Shown one piece after another: positions 52,986 to 64,000 of a stretch of DNA of 64,000 nt. Both the position numbers and the translations under genes were made by a program. Under the pieces are notes generated by a model. That model saw only the letters and a list, made by a program, of their open reading frames with translations, had not been told where the DNA came from and searched no databases. Every line of letters starts with the position of its first letter. Positions within the stretch are counted from its first letter, which is position 1. Origin of the DNA: Octopus vulgaris (lineage: Eukaryota); assembly GCA_951406725.2 (NCBI GenBank), contig OX597814.1:35650001-35714000 (forward strand), written 5' to 3'.

Positions 52986-55037
52986 CATCATCATCATCAT
53001 CATCATCATCATCGTTTAACGTCCGTTCTCCATGCTAGCATGGGTTGGACGGTTCGACCGGGGATCTGGGAAGCCAGAAGGCTGCACCCAGCTCCAGTCT
53101 GATCTGGCAGTGTTTCTACAGCTGGATGCCTTTCCTAACGCCAACCACTCCATGAGTGTAGTGGGTGCTTTTTACGTGCCACCTGCACAGGTGCCAGGCG
53201 AGGCTGGCAGCAGCCATGATCGGATTGGTGCATTTTACGTGCCACCGGCACGGAAGCCAGTCGAAGCGGCACTGGCATCGGTCACGATTAGGATGGTGCT
53301 TTTTATGCTAGCATTGGCCCCGAATTCGGATAGCGCTTTTTACGTACCACCAGCACGGAAGCCACTCTAGGCAGCGCTGGCATCGGCCACCTTCAGATGG
53401 TGCTGTTTACGTGCCACCGGCTCAGGGATCACAACTGCAGTTTCCATTGATTTTGATTTCGGTGTGCTTGACTCAATGGATCTCCTCAAGCACAGGGTCG
53501 AAATGGTGTTTCTTCACTTGCCACCTGCACAGGAGTCAGTCCAGCGGTCCTGGCAACTGCCGGGTGCCAGTCATAGGATTGGTTCAATTTCGACTCCGAT
53601 TTCACTTGCCCCAACAGGTTTTCGCAAGCAGAGTTTAATGTCCAATGATGGGGGGTTGGCATGGGTGCCTGTCGTTGGATGAGGTACGATTTCGACTTCG
53701 CTTGCCTCAACAGGTCTTTGTGTGTCCAAGGGAGGAAAGACATGCATAAGTGGGCTGGACTCACTTGTCCTGCCTGGTCTTCTCATGCACAGCATATTTC
53801 CAAAGGTCTTGGTCGCTAGTCATTGCCTCGGTGAGGCCTGAAGTTCGAAGGTCGTGCCTCACCACCACATCCCAGGTTTTCCTGGGTCTACCTCTTCCAC
53901 GGGTTCCCTCAACTGCTAGGGATTGGCACTTTTTCACACACCTATCTTCATCCATTCTCACCACATGACCATACCAGCGCAATCGTCTCTCTTGCACGCC
54001 ACAGCTGATGCTTCTTAGGTCCAACATTTCTCTCAAGGTACTAACACTCTGTCGAGTATGCACACTGACATTACACATCCATCGGAGCATACTGGTTTCA
54101 TTCCTCACGAACTTACGCATGTCCTCAGCAGTCATGGCCCATGTTTCACTGCCATGTAGCATGGCTGTTCGTACACATGCATCATACAGTCTCCCTTTTA
54201 CTCTGAGCGAGAGGCCTTTAGTCACCAGCAGAGGTAAGAGCTCCCTGAACTTTGCCCAGGCTATTCTTACTCTAGCAGTTACACTTTCAGCGCACCCACC
54301 CCCACTACTGACTTGGTCACCTAGATAATGGAAGCTATCAACTACTTCTAGTTTTTCCCACTGGAAAGTGACGGAAGTTGTTTTCTGTAGATTTTCAGAG
54401 TTTATTGCTCCTGAGCATCTGCCACATACAAAAACTATCTTCCCAGTTAGCCTTCCTTTCACATTGCTGCACCTCTTATGTGTCCATAGCTTACACCGGG
54501 TACATCTTATAGAGTTTCTACCTACACCTTTTCTACAGATCGAGCAATGCCATCTTCCTGAAGGCATTTGTGGTTTGTCTACCTTCCTACTTATTAGTAC
54601 TTTGGTTTTAGCTAGGTTGACTCTAAGGCCCCTCAATTCTTATCCCTCCTTCCACACCTGGAACTTCTCCTCCAGTTCTGATAGTGACTCAGCAATTAGA
54701 GCAAGGTTGTCAGCATAGAGGAGCTCCCAGGGGCAACCTGTCTTGAATTCTTCTGTAATTGCCTGGAGGACTATGATAAATAGGAGGGGGCTGAGGACTG
54801 AACCCTGGTGGACCCCAACCTCTACCTTGAATTCTTCTGTGCACACGTTGCCAACCTTAACCTTACTTACAGCATCCCTGTACATGGCTTTCACAGCTCT
54901 CACCAGCCATTCATCTATCCCTAGTTTCCTCATTGACAACCAGATAAGGGATCGGGGGACCCTGTCAAAGGCTTTCTCCATGTCAACAAAAGCCAGGTAC
55001 AGGGGCTTATCTTTGGCTTGGTATTTCTCCTGCAGTT
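52985..55037 (-). mobile_element. 5'-truncated RTE-clade LINE with long 3' UTR and (GAT)n tail
   Basis: RT motifs AFVDMEKAFDRVP, GVHQGSVLSPLLF, LLYADN; C-terminal RRLRWYGHV, GRGRPRKTW. Confidence 0.95.
53761..55035 (-). pseudogene. RTE reverse transcriptase with Cys-rich (PHD-like) insertion, one internal stop
   Basis: ORFs 54640-54981 and 53761-54636 are in frame across a single TAA; YADD is mutated to YADN; insertion CSIC...CTRC..WTHKRC...CGRC. Confidence 0.9.
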
Positions 55038-55191
55038 ATTTCTCCGACACACAGACACATACATATATACATGTAGTCTCTGAAGAGCACATTGTATCAA
55101 TTATGTAATATCTAGTTATTTAATATCCAGTGTGAACTTTATTTACATTATTTACATTTGACGGATATTTGTCCTCATCTTGTTTGTTGTT

Positions 55192-55236
55192 AACACAATG
55201 TTTCGGCTGATATACACTCCAGCCTCATCAGATGTC
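55192..55236 (-). ncRNA. Minimal type I hammerhead (decayed) in the Penelope 3' repeat
   Basis: Minus strand: gacat CTGATGA ggctg-gagtgtatat-cagcc GAAAC ATT gtgtt; helix III likely ACGT mutated to ACAT. Confidence 0.7.
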
Positions 55237-56500
55237 TCAGGGAAATTTCGAACCTAAGGAATACCTTTAGGAGATATTTGTCAAGTGTTGTATTACTCTT
55301 AAATGCTGTCCTGATGTCATATGGGCCGCATATCTTTTGTATCTGTTGTATCTGTTTGGAATCAAACTCGGAATCATGGGGTTAGTAACCTGTGCTCATA
55401 ACCACTATGCCATATGCCCATGGAATTTTGAACCTGGGTTCTCATTCCATGTTGTTGTTGTTATTATTATTATTATTATTATGCCTGGAATCGAACACTA
55501 AGCCATATGCCCGTGAGCAATTATGGAGTGAATTTTAGGGCTTATAAATCTAATATTTTCCTATCCTTCCTTAGTTTTTTAGTTTCTGTATTTTCCAGTG
55601 GTCTTCTCTATCTGTTATTTTAACTTCATCTCACCGGGGGAGTTGATCTCCATTTTTCCATACATGAAATAGCTATACCCGATTTATCAATATCTCCTCA
55701 TGTCACAGCTTTGCAATGTTCGTCTACCCTTATTTTGAGGGGGTGGCATGTTTCACCTTTGTATAACCTACTACAGCTGCATGGGATGGAGTACACACAG
55801 TCTTTGGTCACATTCTCTTTTATTGGTGGTTTTACTTGAAGGAAACATTTGCGAAGTGTTGTATTACTCTTGAATACTGTCCTGATGTCATTTGGGCTGC
55901 ATATGTTTTGTATCTTTTCGGAGAGGCCTTTCACATAGGGTAGACAGACTGTGGACAGTTTATTGGTTTCATCCTCTTTTTTCTTCATAATTGGAATGGA
56001 TAGTATGTTTTTGGGGTAGTTGTTGCTTAACATATTGTTATTGAGCTTGATCATTTCTTCGTGGTGTGTATCATGATCACTACTTATATTCTTTGCACAA
56101 TGTTTTAGGCACTGAGCAGTCCCTCTCTTTACACTGTATGGATGGTGGGAATTGAAGTTTAGGTATCGTCCAGTGAAGATCAGCTTGTGGTACATGGATG
56201 TCCTGATTCCATACTTGGTGCATGTTATTAATACGTGCAGGAATCTGATTGTCTTTTTCCTTTTCCATTATGAACTGTATGGAAGGCTTTATTGAGTTCC
56301 CATGATCTAACAGCACTTGGATATCTTCTTGGTGGGGCTAGAGTATAAAGGTGTCATCAATATATCACAGTTATAGGATTGGTTTTAGCGGTGTTGATCC
56401 TAAAGCCAAATTCTCAAAGTATTCCATGTATTTATTGGCTATTATTGGTGATACTGGTGAACCCATAGCCAAACCCTCCTCTTGTCGATATATATCAGTG

Positions 56501-56815
56501 TCATCATCATCATCATTGTTTAGCGTCCGCTTTCCATGCTGGCATGGGTTGGACGGTTCAAGTGGGGTCTGGGAAGCCAGAAGGCTGCACCAGGCCCAGT
56601 CTGATCTGGCAATGTTTCTACGGCTGGATGCCCTTCCTAATGCCAACCACTCCATGAGTGTAGTGGGTGCTTTTTATGTGCCACCGCCACAGGTGCCAGA
56701 CGAGGCTGGCAAAACAGCCACGATCGGATGGTGCTTTTTATGTGCCACTGGGACGGAGGCCAGTCGGGGCGGCGCTGGCAACGGCCACGTTTGGATGGTT
56801 CTCTTATGTGCCACC
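56501..56815 (-). mobile_element. SINE family B inserted in the Penelope RT
   Basis: Splits the RT between TTYLRV and DIYRQEEG. Confidence 0.85.
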
Positions 56816-57009
56816 CGCAAATAGGTAGTTTCTACACAGAAGGTCAACAAACAAGATGAGGACAAATATCTGACAAATGTAAATAATGTAAATAATGTAT
56901 ATAATTCCTCATCTCTTAAATATAGAACTGTACCAGTGTGGACTGACTGGTAAGATCAGCTAAAATTGATCTATAGCACTGTGTGCCTTGATTTACACAC
57001 ACACACACA

Positions 57010-57416
57010 CGTGGATGGGCTGAAAAGTTCCAAGGCTGACTATGAAGAAAAGATGTTAAAGCTGCGAAATATTGCATGCCTTAATTTCAATTTCTGTTAA
57101 TAACTGCACTGTTTGTTCTCAGGTAAAGTGAGATATGACTGTTCAAAGATCACCTCGAAAGTAACTAGTGGCGACTTCTCTTGAAAATGGACAAAATTTG
57201 GCATTGTGGTGTTATCAAGTACCTGCAGAAGAAGGGGCTGGCCCACGCTGCTCCAGCTTTATCAACAGTACAAAAGTGGGCAGCTGAATTTAGGAGAAGA
57301 AGGGAGAGTCTTGAAGATGGTCTAAGAATTGCAACACTTATGGAAGAAATGTGTGAACTAGTTATATTCCATGACGGTATCCTAGTCAGCCTATAAAATT
57401 TTCAGTTGACCTTTGT
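57010..57416 (+). mobile_element. Mariner-derived MITE / deletion derivative
   Basis: TIRs ggatgggctgaaaagttccaaggctgac / gtcagcctataaaattttcagttgacc; translation VIKYLQKKG...STVQKWAAEFRRRRESLED resembles the mariner N-terminal HTH. Confidence 0.8.
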
Positions 57417-57429
57417 ACATATATAGCTA

Positions 57430-57835
57430 TTACTCTTTACTCTTTTACATGCTTCAATCATGTGCCTGTGGCCAAGCTGAAGTACCACCTTTAGTTGAAC
57501 AAATCGGTCCCAGGACTTATTCTTTGTAAGCCTAGTACTTATTCTATTGGTCTCTTTTGCCGAACTGCTAAGTGACGGGGATGTAAACACACCAGCATCG
57601 GTTGTCAAGTGATGTTGGGAGGACAAACACAGACAGACAAACATATAAACACACATACATATATATATACATATATACGATGGGCTTCTTTCAGTTTCCA
57701 TCTATGAAATCCACTCACAGGGCTTTGGTTGACCCGAGGCTATAGTAGAAGACACTTGCCTAAGGTGCCACGTAGTGAGACTGAACCCAGAACCATGTGG
57801 TTCGTAAGCAAGCTACTTACCACACAGCCACTCCT
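57430..57835 (-). mobile_element. SINE family A
   Basis: Reverse complement of the family A consensus. Confidence 0.9.
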
Positions 57836-58558
57836 GAGTATGTCAATTCAAAAAGATCCTGGTACAGGAAGTTAGTAAGCATTAGGTATGTATACAACTC
57901 ATGCAGATGGAAAAATATAACCCAGGATACTATACGATAAAGAAAATGTATTACTGTCATATGTTATTTCATCACATATTGAAATTGATGGAAATTTCAA
58001 TAAGTTGATAGCCTCCATACAATTCACAGTTTAGCAATGAAAATTGCTAATTATGCAAATAAAAATCAAAGAATGTTAGGAATGGAAATGATGAACAAAG
58101 ACTACATATGTTTCGTAGCTAAACTTAATGAGTTATATTAGCAAGTTATATAACACATCAAGTTTATCTATGAAACATGCAGTATTTTTTAAATCTTTTC
58201 CATTCTTTACATTCTTTGATATATATATAAATATGTATGTATACATGTTTATACTTATTTCTGTCAATTATGCACCATTATTTTTTTGAATTTTGAATAA
58301 GATTTAAATGCTTATTTGTTGAACTATTTCCAAAACATTACATATACTCAAAATTTATATATCTCATTATTCTGTGTTATCATTACTGTCTGACAAATGG
58401 CTGTGTGATATTCTGAGTAACAGCTTATGAAGTTCTTTTCAGCTTTAATGAAACAGTATTTTGGTTTATCTTTGGTATCTGAGTGCTATTTTTTCACTTT
58501 GTTTTTCACTTTGTTTTTCACCTAAGTGCATACTTGTGTGTATGTGTGTGTGTATAAA

Positions 58559-58603
<45 letters not shown>

Positions 58604-58609
<6 letters not shown>

Positions 58610-59057
58610 AAAAGCACCATCCAAATGTGGTCAATGCCATGTCTGCCAAACTGGCTTCCATGCTGGTGGCATGTAAAATGCACCATCTGAATGTGGCATA
58701 TGCCAGTGTCCCTGACTGGCTCTTGTGCCAGTGGCATGCAAAAAGCACCATCCAAATGTGATCAATGTTAGTGCCCCCCGACTGGCTTGCATGCCAGTGG
58801 CATGTAAAAAAACACTATCAGAACATGACCGATGCCAGGGCCACCTGACTGGCTCCTTTGCTGGTGGCATGTAAAAAGTACCCACTACACTCTTGCAGTG
58901 GTTTTGTGTAAAGAAGGGCATCAAGCTGTAGAAACATTGCTAGATCAGATTGGAGCCTGGTGTAGCTGCTTGCTTTCTAGACCTCAGTCAAACTGTCCAA
59001 CCCATGCCAACATGGAAAATGGATGCTAAACGATGCTGCTGCTGCTGCTGGTGATGA
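58604..59057 (+). mobile_element. SINE family B (diverged)
   Basis: Internal subrepeats and RTE-type tail. Confidence 0.75.
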
Positions 59058-59344
59058 TATTTACAAACAGCTAAATATGTCCAGTCATAGTGGGAGCTAT
59101 GGTTTCACAGCCATAAAGCATGTAGCTCTATGGACGACTCATCAGACTCTAATGTCCTCTGCCTTTAGATTCTGACAAATTGTCCATAGAGTCAAGTGCC
59201 TTATGGGTGTGAAACCATTGGTTACTTTATGATAGACATATATTTAACTACACATAAATACATTACTGCTCTATACATTAGAATGTGCTTTTTTTTTGTA
59301 TATATGAACCACTGATGATACACACACTCACACACACACACACA

Positions 59345-59408
<64 letters not shown>

Positions 59409-60027
59409 GCACACACTCAATGGCTAGATACTGACATGGTTGTATGATTAAGAAGTTCACTTCTCAATCACATGGTTCTGAAAACTGAAATTATAATGAT
59501 TTCTGTGATAGGCACAAGGCCTAAAATTTTGGGAGAGGGAGCCAGTCGATTAGATTGACCCCAGTACTCAACTGGTACTTAATTTATCAACCCCAAAAAG
59601 ATGAAAGGCAAAGTGGACCTCAGCGGAATTTGAACTCAGAACGTTCTACTTTGCTTTGTGAATGAACTTGATAGACAGAAACTGAAAAACAAAAAAAAAA
59701 CCCATAACCTATCATGTATATGCATATGTAGATTTGGATGTATGTGTGCCCGTATTTTTATGGGTATGTGTGCTTGTTTAAATTAGAGCTTTACAAAAGT
59801 TGATATCTGCAAGTGTTGTTACTGTTCTTGTTGATGTCACTTCTGCGAACAAATCATCCGCTTGTTTTATGTTTCTGTAGACATGTGAAATAAGAGATCC
59901 CTTACATGAAAAATAGTTACAGGTTAGTAACAATGATGGTAAATAGCTGTAAATGGATACTTTTCTAACCCATGCTAGCATGGAAAATAGTAGTGAAACT
60001 AATAAACAATACATACTTATATATATT

Positions 60028-61054
60028 CAGGGTGCAGTGAATAAACGGTCTTCCATATTGCACAAAAATGAAAATAACAATGACATCTTGTTTCAAGAGA
60101 TACATATTCCAAAATTACATAAAAGTATCTTGAAATACTAAAGCATAAATTTATTCAATGAAATTGCCATTGGCTTCAATCATGGCCTCCAGACAACTTT
60201 GGAATCTTCTGCAAGTCTTCTGGATGAACTCCTTGTTTAATTTAGGGAATGCTGCCATAATCCTTGCCTTCAATTCATCTTTGCTGTAACATGGAGTTCT
60301 ATTGGTCTCTCGCTCAACTGTGCCCCACACATAAAATAATCAAGGGGGTTAGCACGCCGGGCAAAATGCTTACCAGTATTTCATCTGCTGGTATGTTCTC
60401 AGTTCAAATTCTGCCAAGGTTGACTTTGCCTTTCATCCTTTTGGGGTCGATAAATTAAGTACCAGTTATGCACTGGGGTCGATGTAATCGACTTAATCCC
60501 TTTGTTTGTCCTTGTTTGTCCCCTCTATGTTTAGCCCATTGTGGGCAATAAAAGAAATAAGATATTGTCTGACAGTCATAACTGGGTTCTCTTGCTTGTG
60601 TGGCATGTTGTATAGTCCTGTTGCCAGTTATAATTTCTTCCAGCAGTCACCCTCTTGACTACATCCTCCAGGCACTTAATATAGGTCTCCATGTCAAGTC
60701 TGAGGCCATGTGGGAAGATGAATGGAGGCATAACGTCACCAGCACTAGTGATCACTCTAAACAACATGATGTTGAATGGATGTTTGATTGTTATCACTCT
60801 CGGTACATGTCCTCAGATTGCACTGAGTGTCACCCAAACACTCTGAAGACAGAATTGGAGCTTCTGGCATGAATGCCAAGTAGTACAACATGTCATTTCC
60901 AAATTTTTGGCAGAGTGAATTGCATCATGGTGCTATTTTTCTCACAGATGGTGCCCAACTAACCCTACTATACTGTGTAGTTGACAAAATCAAAAACAAA
61001 CAATGTGCATGCATGATATAAAAAAAAATGGCGCCAATTTACTCATCACACTTG
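60028..61054 (-). mobile_element. Second maT/DD37D-like deletion derivative with a nested SINE E (60348-60561)
   Basis: Colinear with 12223-13102; PPFIFPHGLRL...WQQD. Confidence 0.85.
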
Positions 61055-61124
61055 CTATATACATATATTTATATGTTTAAGGATATATAAATACACACAC
61101 ATACATGCATATATATGCATATAC

Positions 61125-61333
61125 GTTAGCACGCCGGGCGAAATGCGCAGCCGTATTTCGTCTGCCGCTATGTTCTGAGTTCAAATTTCGCCGAGGTCGA
61201 CTTTGCCTTTCATCCTTTCGGGGTTGATTAAATAAGTACCAGTTATGCACTGGTTTCGATGTAATCGACTTAATTCGTTTGTGTGTCCTTGTTTGTCCCC
61301 TCTGTGTGTAGCCCCTTGTGGGTAATAAAGAAA
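61125..61333 (+). mobile_element. SINE family E
   Basis: cgttagcacgccgggcgaaatg...gccgaggtcgactttgcctttcatcc...aataaagaaa. Confidence 0.85.
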
Positions 61334-61866
61334 CACATATATATGCATACACACACACATACACACACACTCACACACACACACACACACACATACACAC
61401 ACACACATATATATACATTTAATAATTTTTAGAATAGCACAGATATTATTCAAAATGGATATATATATTTTCAATAAAACTGAATAAAATATGAAGCAAT
61501 GTAAATATGCTGCTTTATGTATCTTCAAGTAAGTATGTATTTCTCAGTACTTTGACACACCATTTATCTTATTCAAATATTAATAAATATGTAATTCAAT
61601 AGATAAATATCTATTTAAATGTCTAAAGGCCTGAGATGCGTTATTATTAAGATAATAATTTCCAGACTATTAACCTCATATTTTCAGTGTTTATTTACAA
61701 ATTGTATATCAACACTGAATATTGAATCAGTTCAACTTCCAGTCAACAGCATGTTATGAACATTGTAACACCATGGATTTGAAATAATGCCATTCTTGTT
61801 TAGCCTTGGGTGGGCTTTCTATGAGTAAACCTCTGATAGTATGCACACTTATTTCAATTTTCTAAA

Positions 61867-62090
61867 GGCGGCGAGCTGGCAGAACCATTAGCATGCCAGT
61901 TGAACAGCTTACCAGTATTTCGTCTGCCACTATGTTCTGAGTTCAAATTCCGCTGAGGTCTACTTTGCCTTTCATCTTTTTGGGGTTGATAAATTAAGTA
62001 CCAGTTGTGTACTGGGGGTAGATCTAATCGACTGGCTCCATCCCCCAAAATTTAGGCCTTGTGCCTATCACAGGAATCATTATTATTTCA
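61867..62090 (+). mobile_element. SINE family E (alternative 3' end)
   Basis: ggcggcgagctggcagaa head; related partial minus-strand copies at ~59480-59645 and ~62330-62441. Confidence 0.8.
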
Positions 62091-62676
62091 GTTTTCACAT
62101 ATCTGGTATTGACTTATCTGTATCTTTTTTTAAGATAGTTTAGTGTAGTTTGAGGTGGATTTGACTGCCATTTCTAGCAGACCATGTGACTACATATAGA
62201 TTACTAACCTGCCTTCAAGAACCTTTACTTTTTAACTAAGTCTACAGATGCATGCTGGAATAAATAACCTGACAATAATTTTAGTTCAGAGTGATTGAAA
62301 AGAAGCGTAATTCAATATGAATACTAAATAATAATCCTTTATTTTATTGGCACAAGGCCTGAAATCTTGGGGGAGGGAGCCAGTCAATTAGATCGACCCC
62401 AGTATGCAACTGGTACTTAATTTATCGACCCCCAAAAAGATGTATTTAATAAAGTATGAGGGGTGATATATGACATGTTGTATGAAAATTTATAGCATGT
62501 AGTTGAGAGAAAGGTATGGGAAGCCATAAGGAACAACAGCTACTGAGCACAGCTCCATAATGTAGACATTGTTGAGAGACAGAGAGAAGGAGAGAGAAAG
62601 AGGAGAGAGAGAAGGAGAGAGAAAAATATTCATAACCGACATACAGTAATAAGTTAAAACAAAGAGAGAACCCACT

Positions 62677-63235
62677 AATATATAGTCTAGTTTCTAAATT
62701 TTTATATGCTAGGCCACTAGTAATGGAAATTTCTAATATTTCTGATTGCCCTTTGATATTATTAATTATTGATAATTTTTTTTCTGGATAATTTTCGAAA
62801 AGCCGGCATTATTTATTTACTGCCGACAAGGAGCTGCGCTTTTGTGGTAAATTTGAAAAATTAGAATGTATAAGCACAGGGCATATAATGGATTGCCTCG
62901 TGTATATACATTTAATCTAAGGTGTACCTGCTGAAGAAGGCTTCACCTAGCAAATTATTTTATTTGCTAATAAAGTCTGAAACCATTGGTCCAGGAGTTA
63001 AATGGTAAATGTTTTTATTTTTCATTCCTTTCAAAATTTTATCCCTAACAGTAGTTTGGAATTTAACTGTTCCCTCTAGCATGAAAGGAGTCCTATGATG
63101 GATGCCTCATGTGTTTAAATGTACACTGTATTTATATGAATAATATATAGTGTATTGACTAAATTTTTACACGCTAGGCTACTAGTAATGGAAATTTCTA
63201 ATATTTTTGATTGCCCTTTGATATAAATTCTAAAT
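62677..63235 (+). mobile_element. 465-bp hammerhead element monomer with ~85-bp terminal redundancy
   Basis: gctagg-cactagtaatggaaatttctaatattt-tgattgccctttgatat at 62708 and 63173 (period 465); shares gcctcgtgtatat and attgataatttt with the 474-bp unit. Confidence 0.8.
62927..62995 (+). ncRNA. Type I hammerhead ribozyme
   Basis: cctg CTGAAGA aggctt...[tagcaaat/atttgcta]...aagtct GAAAC cattg GTC cagg; helix I cctg/cagg; helix III acca/tggt. Confidence 0.9.
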
Positions 63236-63734
63236 ATATATAAAAAACATTAACTAAGTTTAAAATTTTAGGTCTGCAAGTCCTGAAAATTATAAACATA
63301 ATCAATATTTGCTGTTGCATCAACTAAAACATTTAATTAATGTAATGAATCTGTCAATCTTCCCATACTTCTCATACCTGTTAGTGCTATTAATTTACAC
63401 ATAACTAATATTTTCTTCATGCTTGCAGGAACAGCAAATATCTTAGAAAAAGCAGTACTTTCTCAAATAATCATGCTGAAGGAAGACTGTCTCCATTTCA
63501 TAAGCATTCTAAAAGTATTTAATAAAGTATGAGGCGTGATATATGACATGTTGTATGAAAATTTATAGCATGTAGTTGAGAGAAAGGTATTGGAAGCCAT
63601 AAGGAACAACAGCTACTGAGCACAGCTCCATAATGTAGACATTGCTGAGAGACAGAGAGAAGGAGAGAGAAAAATATTCATAACCGACATACAGTAATAA
63701 GTTAAAACAAAGAGAGAACCCACTGTGGACAGCA

Positions 63735-63937
63735 TTAACCCATTAACATTTAAGCCAGCCACATCTGGCCAAAATATTCTACTTGTTTTATGTTCAAACT
63801 GGCCAGATCTGGCTTCTCACACTTACCCTACAATATTATTCTGAAAATAAACACTCACGTCATTGAAATTTTAAAGCTACAACATAATGCATGACTAATT
63901 CAAGTTGATTTGATTAAGTAAGCATTACACCTGACAG
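63735..63937. mobile_element. Possible piggyBac-like MITE, right end not seen
   Basis: Begins TTAA|ccc; interrupted by a SINE at the window edge. Confidence 0.35.
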
Positions 63938-63938
63938 T

Positions 63939-64000
63939 GAAGGTGCGCGGCTTAGTGGTTAGGGCATTCGGCTCATGATTGCAAGGTCGTGAGTTCGATT
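63939..64000 (+). mobile_element. tRNA-derived SINE head (family D), cut by the window end
   Basis: ggcttagtggttagg (A-box-like) ... gagttcgatt (B-box-like). Confidence 0.65.

Larger units (their letters stand above)
55138..56895 (-). mobile_element. Penelope/Poseidon-type element relic (RT + GIY-YIG) with 3' hammerhead and inverted 5' terminal copy
   Basis: LLTFCVETTY / YRQEEGLAMGSPVSPIIANKYMEYFE / YIDD / TGRYLNFNSHHP / LPYVKGLSEKI / CVYSIPCSCSRLYKGET...RVDEH; 56845-56895 is the reverse complement of 55138-55189. Confidence 0.9.
62442..63724. repeat. Direct duplication of a ~210-235 bp segment (62442-62676 and 63515-63724)
   Basis: gtatttaataaagtatgagg...aaagagagaacccact is present twice with few differences. 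Confidence 0.9.

Overview
This is AT-rich, repeat-saturated eukaryotic DNA. The microsatellite load and the SINE/RTE repertoire suggest a cephalopod such as Octopus, which is an inference. No intact host gene is recognisable, and almost all six-frame ORFs are microsatellite or SINE translations. The window holds at least five SINE families, RTE/CR1-group LINE relics (one BovB-like), mariner, maT(DD37D)-like and Tigger DNA-transposon relics, piggyBac-like MITEs, a probable non-autonomous Helitron, and two Penelope-like (GIY-YIG) retroelements. The main signal is a family of non-coding ~460-475 bp elements sitting at (TA)n tracts. Each full monomer carries one type I hammerhead ribozyme (HHR) with a palindromic helix III and usually a long helix II. 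They share a 3'-terminal motif and occur as a near-identical 474-bp tandem array with a terminal inversion (22.5-25.0 kb), as monomer-plus-terminal-redundancy copies (40.2 and 62.7 kb) and as fold-back copies (0.7 and 52.5 kb). This resembles a diversified retrozyme-like system, possibly replicating through circular RNA and mobilised by Penelope-like elements. Fourteen HHR motifs were read by eye. Coordinates were counted manually; element edges are approximate.
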